Assembly: GCA_951406725.2 (NCBI GenBank)
Contig: OX597839.1
Location: 25,792,001-25,856,000 of the forward strand
Direction of reading: 5' to 3'
Source: Octopus vulgaris
Lineage: Eukaryota
DNA length: 64,000 nucleotides
Within the stretch, counting starts at the first letter, position 1. Each line of letters starts with the position of its first letter. Positions 55,221 to 64,000 of the stretch are shown in pieces. The position numbers were made by a program, and so were the translations under genes. Under the pieces are notes generated by a model. It did no database searches and was not told the DNA's origin. It worked only from the letters and a program-made list of their open reading frames with translations.

Positions 55221-55719
55221 CTATCAGTATCGCCTGGCGTTGCTCGGGTTTGTAAGGGAAATAACTATATAAGCATTTTTAGAGAGTTATAGCCAAAAAA
55301 TAGCAAAAAAATGCATTAAAAATGGAAAACAAATGATGGTAAATTTTTTAAAAATCGTTGACTCATCGTAGACATTTTTAGAGAGTTACTTCCCTTATAT
55401 AATGGCGAAAAATGCATTAAAATGGAAAAAAATGATGGTAATTCTTTTAAAAAATCGTTGACTCATCGTAGACATTTTTAGAGAGTTACTTCCCTTATAT
55501 AATAGCGAAAAAATGCATTAAAATGGAAAAAAAATGATGGTAAATTTTTTTTTTAAATCGTAGACTCATCGTAGACGCGCGCTAGTATCCAGAAGGGCTC
55601 GATATGAATCACGACTATAAGATACCCGGTTTTGGTTAAACTGCACCGCAAAATGTGGGAGTAGTTAGGAATCTAAATCGTAGGAGACAGACACACAACT
55701 TCTCTTTTATATATAAAGA
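55221..55719 (-). mobile_element. Non-autonomous Helitron (copy of 19841-20236 with an extra internal ~85-bp repeat)
   Basis: Colinear high identity with 19841-20236. Confidence 0.75.
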
Positions 55720-56387
55720 TATATTATAAATTGTTTAGTTTTGAAATACAATGTCAATTAAATAAAACGGGGAATGAAGAAAGTATCTGTCTTTACATTG
55801 ACCCTTCAGCATTCGTTTTGAAGCTGTGGTTGTATACTTTTAACAATGACCTTGTAGGATAGGTGTGAGAGCCCAGATCTGGCTGGTTTGAACATAAAAC
55901 AGGTAACATATCTGAGCTGGATATGGCTGGTTTAAATGCTAAACGACCAACCCTATAGCATTCAGATTACTCTGTCAAATGTAATGTTTATTTATCCGCA
56001 TTGTTTTGAATTAATCTTGCTCTGAATTAATCTCATAGCTCTGAGATTTCAATGACGTGACTGTTCATTTTTAGAATGACATTGTAGGGTAAGTGGGAGA
56101 GGCTGGATCAGGCCAGTTTCAACATAGAACCGAGAGAATATTTGGTTTGAATACAACCATTTCAAATGTTAATTGGTTAAAGATGAAGTGACATATTCTT
56201 GTTTGTGATTTAATTAAAAAAATTTTAATCAACAACAAAAAAATATATCACTGAAGTTGAAATTCTTCAAGCTTTTTTCAACAATATATATACATGTATA
56301 TAATGTATAGACCTGTGGTATAATTCAACAGAGAGAGCACTTTATCCGGTGAGAGTCACATATTGCTGTTTAAGGGCCACAATACAT

Positions 56388-56451
56388 GTCTTTGGGTGCT
56401 ACTAATAGTTTTACGTGTCTGAAAATCCAAGCACATTCTTTAGGCGCAAAC
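56388..56451 (-). ncRNA. Degenerate hammerhead copy of the same family (inactivated core)
   Basis: Reverse complement reads gcgc-CTAAAGA-atgtg..cacgt-AAAA-ctattag-TA-gcac, i.e. G5A and G12A core changes; lies in an inverted arm 56370-56547 matching 56744-56910. Confidence 0.7.
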
Positions 56452-56826
56452 CACTCTTGCTCTGAATTAGGAACTTCCAATATGGTATGGGACGTGAGAA
56501 AACGCGAAAAAATGTGGAAAAAAGTGGTAGCATATATAGGAAATCCTTTCTCTTTTTTCTTTAGGTTTATTTTTCGTCCCTTATAACTTTTACAAATTTT
56601 TATATTCCCAACATTTCTTATATTTATACCTCTACATTTTTACCATATGTTTCATATATTATTTTTCATATATATTTTTTACTCTTCATTTACAATTTAC
56701 ATTTAATTTCACACATCAGGTCTCCTGGGTTCATTTACCGGTTAGGATTTTCTATATGCTACCATTTTTTTGCGTTTTCTCATGTCCCATGCCATATTTA
56801 AAGTTCTTAGTTCAGAACAAAGAGTG

Positions 56827-56890
56827 GTCTACGCCTGAAGAGTGTGTTAGGACTTTCAGCACATGAAACTATTAGTAGCGTTTGATAGAC
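56827..56890 (+). ncRNA. Type I hammerhead ribozyme motif (canonical core)
   Basis: acgc-CTGAAGA-gtgtgtt..cagcacat-GAAA-ctattag-TA-gcgt; stem I extended by gtct/agac across a TTGAT bulge; predicted GUA cleavage after 56877. Confidence 0.85.
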
Positions 56891-56932
56891 ATGCACCGTG
56901 ACCCTTAAACGACTATATATATATAAATAAAA

Positions 56933-57160
56933 GGCGGCGAGCTGGCAGAATCGTTAGCACGCCGGGCGAAATGCTTTGCGGTATTTCGTCCACCGCTGCG
57001 TTCTGAGTTCAAATTCCGCCGAGGTCAACTTTGCCTTTCAACCTTTCGGGGTTGATAAATTAAGTACCAGTTACGCCCTGGGGTCGATGTAATCGACTTA
57101 ATACCTATGTCTGTCCTTGTTTGTCCCTTCTATGTTTAGCCCCTTGTGGGTAGTAAAGAA
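56933..57160 (+). mobile_element. SINE with Meta/MESC-like core and 18-bp target-site duplication (also 45915-46125, 60679-60909, 61627-62115 and many fragments)
   Basis: GAGCTGGCAGAA...GAGTTCAAATTCC head, GCCTTTCA.CCTTTCGGGGT.GATAAA core; TSD atatatatataaataaaa at 56915-56932 and 57161-57178. Confidence 0.8.
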
Positions 57161-57563
57161 ATATATATATAAATAAAACACTGCTTGTGTGTATATACAC
57201 ACACACACACACACACACATACAATGTGTCATTTCAAGCAGTAAAATTAAACTTAGTTGAATATTTTCAAATTGAAAAAGTAATTTAATTCTAATAAAAT
57301 GGCAGAGTCGTTATTTGATTTGATTTAAACCCAAACAAACTGCTAACGAGTGTATATGCATATATACATATGCATGCTTGCACGTGCATATGTATGTGTA
57401 ATAAAACTACTTTTGCAGTGAAAAACAATTAACAACTTTGGGATTAATTTATCATTAAATTTAAACTCTCTATATATTTCACTGTGTCTATTTTCCTAAT
57501 ATCTCACAAGTAGGGTTGGCAGTTTCCTCTAAGCACAATCCGTGTTTCTTGAAGGTCACTTAC

Positions 57564-57587
57564 CAGGCAGATTTTATAGCAATTCAT
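57564..57587 (-). CDS. Candidate alternative start exon (MNCYKICL) for a short Tao isoform
   Basis: gccaaaATG context, 8 codons, consensus donor CTG|gtaagt in phase 0, in-frame TAG at 57650-57648 upstream. Confidence 0.35.
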
Positions 57588-57721
57588 TTTGGCAGAAATG
57601 GAATAACAGTAATTATAAAAACAACACTGACAACACAGTAATACTAACTACTTGCAAAAAAACAAAACAAGAAAAAACACACACTATACTATAATAAAGA
57701 ACAGTACTATTAACCATACAA

Positions 57722-57753
<32 letters not shown>

Positions 57754-58822
57754 GTGTGTGTGTGTGTATGTATATAGTAAAAGGGGATAAAGTGTAAAGA
57801 CCCTCTTTGGTCATGAACGACCATGGGATTGCACCTAGAAAGTTCCCCTCCGAGGCACAAGTCCAGGCAAGGTTGTTTATGGAAGACCAACAGTCTACCC
57901 ATGCATGCCAGCCTCTCCTCTCCACACACCATTGATGTTATCCAAGAGAAAGGCAAAGGGATTGATACAGCCTGGTCCAGGAATTGAACTCACTACGTCA
58001 TGATTGTGAGCCCGATGCTCTAACCACTGAGCCATGCGTCTTCACATGTAAATAATATTGTACTAAAATATTACAAAACATATAACGTAAACCTATACGT
58101 TGTTACTGCAATCCAATCAATATGTAATTAAGTTTATTGATTAATTGGAAAACTCACTGAAACCCTTAATCAATTTTTAATGCAATTTACTTGTATTACC
58201 AGATATTTCTGAAGGGAGATACCCAGAAGGTAATTTCATTTACATTAGATTCATATCTAACTAGCCCTAAGTTAGGGAGCTCTCAAAATTTTTCTTCTGG
58301 GATTGGGTAGTTTTGGCATATGTGACAAATAGGATATATAATGGGTTGAATAACAGACAGCAAACATGTTCAAGAGTTCAAATCTTGCTGTGGTCAACTT
58401 TGCCTGTCGTCCTTCCAGGGGCAACAGAGTAAAAGCACCAGTCACATTCCGAAGTCGATATAATCGACTATTCCCCTTTTCAAATTTTACAAGGGCAGCA
58501 ATTTGGAGGGAGGGGATGAGTCAATTACATAGACCCCCAAAAGGATGAAACGTAAAGTTGACCTCGGTGGAATTTGAACTCAGAACGTAGTGACAAGAAA
58601 AAAACCGTGAAGCATTTCGTCCAGTGCTCTAGCAATTCCGCCAGTTCACCACCTTAATAACAACAACAACAACAATAATAATAATAATTCTTTCTTCTAA
58701 AAGCACAAGGCCTGAAGTTTGGGGTGGGGGGGGATAGTCGACTACACTGACCCCAGTGTTTCACTGGTACTTAATTTATTGACCCCCAAAAGGATGAAAC
58801 ACAATGCTGACCTTGCTAGAAT

Positions 58823-58855
<33 letters not shown>

Positions 58856-59047
58856 CACACATATTGTGTAAAGTAGCCTGTTTGTGTGAGGTCCTTGTGA
58901 TTTGACGGACAGCATAATGTCCTCAATCCACAACATTATGATATTGGATACTGTGTGACATCATCAATAATTTTTTTTACTGGAAGCACAAAACCTCAAA
59001 TTTTAGGGGAGGGGTAAAGTACCTATTTGATCGACCCCCCCCCCCCA

Positions 59048-59635
59048 AATTTCACACATCAGGTCTCCGGGGTTCATTTACCGGTTAGGATTTTCTATAT
59101 GCTACCATTTTTTCACGTTTTTTTCGCGTTTTCTCATGTCCCATGCCATATTTAAAGTTCTTAGTTCAGAACAAAGAGTGGTCTGCGCCTGAAGAGTGTG
59201 TTAGGATTTTCAGCACACGAAACTATTAGTAGTGTTTGATAGACATGCACCGTGACCCTTAAATGACTATATATATATAAATAAAACACGGCTTGTGTGT
59301 ATATACACACACACACACACACACATACAATGTGTCATTTCAAGCAGTAAAATTAAACTTAGTTGAATATTTTCAAATTGAAAAAGTAATTTAATTCTAA
59401 TAAAATAGCAGAGTTGTTATTTGATTTGATTTAAACCCTAACAAACTGCTAACGAGTGTATGATTGATTGATTGATTCTAGTTTCAGCTCACGAGCTGTG
59501 GCCATGCTGGGGCACCGCATATATACATATATATGCACCGTATGTGCATATATACATATGCATGCTTGCACGTGCATGTGTAATAAAACTACTTTTGCAG
59601 TGAAAAACAATTAACAACTTTGGGATTAATTTATC
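59048..59635 (+). repeat. Direct duplicate of 56705-57453 (without the SINE), carrying the hammerhead
   Basis: Colinear near identity from aatttcacacatcagg to gggattaatttatc. Confidence 0.9.
59181..59244 (+). ncRNA. Type I hammerhead ribozyme motif, second copy
   Basis: gcgc-CTGAAGA-gtgtg..cacac-GAAA-ctattag-TA-gtgt; stem I kept by G.U pairs, stem II perfect at base; predicted cleavage after 59231. Confidence 0.8.
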
Positions 59636-60311
59636 CAAAAGGATGGAAAGCAAAGTCGACCTCGGTGGAACTGAAACTCAGACTATGAAGATGGACAAAA
59701 TGCCGCTAAGCATTTTGCGCAGCATGCTAAAGATTCTGTCAGCTCACTACATCATCATCATCATCATCATCATCATTAATGTCCACTTTCCATGCTGGCA
59801 TGGGTTGGACGGTTTGACTGAGGACTGGCGAACCAGATGGCTGCACCAGGCTCCAATCTTGATCTGGCAGAGTTTCTACAGCTGGATGCCCTTCCTAATG
59901 CCAACCACTCCGAGAGTGTAGTGGGTGCTTTTACATGCCACCGGCATGAGGGCCAGTCAGGTGGTACTGGCAACGGCCATGCTCATATGGTGTTTTTACG
60001 TTGTCACCTGCACAGGAGCCAGTCCAGTGGCTCTGGCAATGACCTAGCTCAATTGTTTTTTCATGTGCCACCAGCACAAGGACCAGTAAGGCAGCACTAG
60101 CCTAAATAATAATAATAATGGTTTCAAATTTTGGCACAAGGCCAGCAATTTCAAGAGCTGGGGCAGGTCAGTTACATCAATACCCAGTGCTCAACTGGTA
60201 TTTTATCGACCCCAAAAGGATGGGAGTAAAATCAACTTCAGCAGAATATTAAATTACACTTACAACACTTTTAGTTCTGAATAATAATAATAATAATAAT
60301 AATAAATAATA

Positions 60312-60360
<49 letters not shown>

Positions 60361-60954
60361 TTCTACACACACCAAATTAGTTTTACACAATGTGATAATG
60401 ACTTGAAAATTTGCCTTTCATCCTTGGAAGATCAATAAAATATGTATCTATCAATTCAACTGACTGCACCCATCGACATAATATCGGTCAAATGTTAGAA
60501 ATTATTATTGTTGTTATTATTCAGTTGTCTTACTGTTATTGCATACTCTCATTGCATTACCAAGCGCTGCTATGCAGGCCTTGGCTATGTGCTGTGGCTT
60601 GTTTTAGTGTTGTTACTTTTACTGTATTGAAAATACGCACTTAAGATGTGCTGAGTAGAGTTATATTCTGTGTATATTAGGGCGGCGAGCTGGCAGAAAC
60701 GTTAGCACGCTGGGCGAAATGCGTAGCTGTATTTCGTCTGTCATTACGTTCCGAGATCAAATTCCGCCAAGGTCGACTTTGCCTTTCATCATTTCGGTGT
60801 CGATAAATTAAGTACTAGTTACGCACTGGGGTCGATGTAATCGACTTAATCCATTTGTCTGTCCTTGTTTGTCCCCTCTGTGTTTAGCCCCTTGTGGGTA
60901 GTTAAGAAATATATATTCTGTGTATCTTGGAGTTCTGGGTATGTGTGTAGGCAT

Positions 60955-61164
60955 GAGCAGAAAATTAGGTAATTTCTACTCTTCTCCTCTGGAAGCCATC
61001 TGCTCGCAATACCAGAGGGCGCACACTCTCCTACCCTGATGTAATCTCCAGGGATACAGGCATCCAGCAACAGGACCTCCGTAATGCTATGATGGACCGT
61101 GAAGTCTGGCGTAACATAGCAAATTCCATTGTCTCGACCACGGTCGAACAATCATGATGATGAT
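60955..61164 (+). mobile_element. RTE-like LINE 3' end with (GAT)n tail
   Basis: Reads LLLWKPSARNTRGRTLSYPDVISRDTG...LRNAMMDREVWR; a reversed fragment of the same sequence is at about 46935-46990. Confidence 0.65.
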
Positions 61165-63303
61165 GTGTCAGCATGATTTGGACCATATTAAAAGCACTAA
61201 TTATCATAAGATTATAAGATTATGATTTTGGCTGAAGCCAGGGCCGCCTCGACTGGCTTCCATGCCGGTGGCACGTAAAATGCACCAATCCGACCGTGGC
61301 CGTTGCCAGCCTCGCCTGGCACCTGTGCGGGTGGCACGTAAAAAGCACCCACTAAACTCACGGAGTGGTTGGCGTTAGGAAGGGCATCCAGCTGTAGAAA
61401 CATTGCCAGATAAGACTGGAGCCTGGTGCAGCCTTCTGGCTTCCCAGATCCCCGGTCGAACCATCCAACCCATGCTAGCATGGAGAACGGACGTTAAACA
61501 ATGATGATGATGATGTGTCTTCTGGTTTCACATTTCAACCATTATTATTATTATTATCATTATTATTAGACAATCAGAAGAGCAGACTGTACATTATAGT
61601 ATATTTCCCTTCATGAAGAGTTACTAGCGAGCTGGTAGAATCGTTAACACACCAGGCAAAATGCTTAGAAGGCATTTCGTCTGTTTTTACATTCTGAGTT
61701 CAAATTCTGCCAAGGTCGACTTTGCCTTTCATCCTTTTGGGGTGATAAATTAAGTACCAGTGAAACCCTGGGGCTGATGTAATCCACTCGTCCCTTCCCT
61801 CAAAATGGCTGCCCTTGTGGCAAAATTTGAAACCATTATTACTATTATCATTATTATTATTATTATTATCATTATTATTATTATTATTATTATCAATAAG
61901 GTGACGAGCTGGCAGAATCATTAGCATGCCAGGTGAAATGCTTAGTGGTATTTCATCTGCTGCTACGTTCTGAGTTCAAATTCTGCCAAGGTCGACTTTG
62001 CCTTTCATCCTTTCAGGGTCGATAAATTAAGCACCAGTGAGACACTGGGGTCCATGTAATCAACTAGTCTCCTCCCCACCAAATTTCAAGGCCTTGTGCA
62101 TTCAGTAGAAAGGATTATTATTATTATTATTATTATTATCATTGAGAGAGCATCAGACACCATCAAACTCACACTGTGGTACAAATAAACAAAACCTAAT
62201 ATACCCATCGTGACAACCCTTCTGATGACGGTACACACCAGGCACATGTATCACACCCAAATTTGTGTGGCGAATTGGTAATCTCATATCAAGATAAAGA
62301 ATGCATGACCTTGCCGGTGGGGCCCAGTCAGAATTTTCTTCAGGTTAATTAAATAGGCCACCTTGCTTAAAAGATTTCTCAATAAAGGTTAAGAGTACTG
62401 AAAGAAAAACTCATGTTTACTGGAGTGAATTATTCAAACTCCAAAGAATTCCTCTCAACGCATGGATGTGATGCTCTCCCACTTTTCCTGCTCATGATCA
62501 GAGATGCACATATCGTCAGCCGCCAAGGGACATGCCCAACCGCTTACGGTCAAGCAACTGACTAGGAAATATGTGGTATTGAGCAGATATATTTTCTGTA
62601 GCCCATCTTTCTGAGGTTACACCTGTGATCTAAAAAGGTAATATAAAAGGAGAAAGGGGCGCTCTACCCCCCTTTTGACCAGGCTCCTGTTGGCTTTTAT
62701 GGGTTTTTTCCACCAGGAACCTTTCATAACACCTCCCCCTATTGGGAGTTTTTCGTTGTTATAATTTTGATTGTTACACTGTTTTTACACGTTTTTTTTA
62801 CAAACGGACAAAACCCTTTGTAACCTTTCGTCCTGTTTTGTCCCTTTTTTGTCATAATTAATTTTTGTCAGCCCTTCTGGCCAATAAAAGAATTTATTAT
62901 TATTATTATTATTGAGAATACTGTTGCATTGTTAGGAACCTTATTCTCCAAGGAGATTTTATAAGTTAAACAAAATGTTTATGACAAAATAAAGAGAAAA
63001 AAAATGTATTGAGAAGCCTCAACTATCACAAATAAGAAGAGATTAGAAACTAGATTAAAAGAATGAGATAATAAAGGATTATAAACCGTGAAAGTATATG
63101 GCCTATTCCCAAAATAAAAGAATCTTACAGGAAGGCAAAAGGTTATCTCTCTTCATAATTAAACTACAGTAAACACACACACACACAAATGCATAAAAAC
63201 ACACACACACACACGTTCACATACAAATGCATACATATATAAAAGTATACAAATACCTCTGTGTGAGTATCTACACATAGCCATATCTATATCTACACAC
63301 ATC

Positions 63304-63354
<51 letters not shown>

Positions 63355-64000
63355 GGCCTGCTCGCTTAGCCAGCGGAGTGGCGTCATTCGAAGGCTAAAA
63401 CAATGCGAATGCATTGTGACCAGTGATGTGTAACAACATCTGATGGTCTGGCCGGTCACGTGATATATATATATATATATGGTTCCGGGTTCAATCCCAC
63501 TGCGTGGCACCTTGGGCAAGTGTCTTCTACTATAGCCTCGGGCCAACCAAAGCCTTATGAGTGGATTTGGTAGACAGAATTTGAAAGAAGCCCATCGTAT
63601 ATATGCATATATATGTGTGTGTGTGTGTGTGTGTGTATGTTTGTGTGTCTGTCCCCCTAGCATTGCTTGACAACCGATGCTGGTGTGTTTATGTCCCCGT
63701 TACTTAGCGGTTCGGCAAAAGTGACCGATAGAATAAGTACTGGGCTTACAAAAGAATAAGCCCTGGGGTCGAGTTGCTCGATTAAAGGCAGTGCTCCAGC
63801 ATGGCCGTAGTCAAATGACTGAAACAAGTAAAAGAGTAAAGAGAGTATATATACACACACACACATAACATACATACCCAACATCTCTACATATGAGCAC
63901 ACACATATAGGCACAACTGTACATAAATCTACATCTATCCATCTATCTAACTATCTGTCTATTTACCTACCTGCCAGAGTAAGCACGTAAATGTGAAACA

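Noticed and set aside
58200-58208. Possible 9-nt microexon (cccttcag|AAATATCTG|gtaata, minus strand)
   Set aside because: Too short to distinguish from chance without junction reads.
57700-64000. Search for TAO kinase-domain exons
   Set aside because: No kinase motifs or convincing exons seen; they presumably lie beyond the window.

Overview
AT-rich, microsatellite- and SINE-dense eukaryotic DNA; the repeat style suggests an octopus/cephalopod genome (inference). One gene dominates: the 3' half of a TAO kinase (Tao/TAOK1-3 orthologue) on the minus strand. It has eight clear coding exons (45142 to 17425, 501 aa of coiled-coil C-terminus, all GT-AG phase-0 introns); the kinase exons lie beyond the window. 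There is also a candidate 30-nt microexon (55027-55056) and a candidate ATG-bearing alternative exon (57564-57587) that could start a kinase-less isoform. Introns and the 3' region hold tRNA-derived SINEs, piggyBac-like MITEs, non-autonomous Helitrons, CR1/RTE LINE ends, a decayed Penelope-like element and two minisatellites. The most striking signal is a set of type I hammerhead ribozyme motifs. Two have canonical cores (56827-56890, 59181-59244) and several are variant or degenerate. The intact cores are antisense to the Tao pre-mRNA, while sense-oriented copies are mutated or deleted at catalytic positions.
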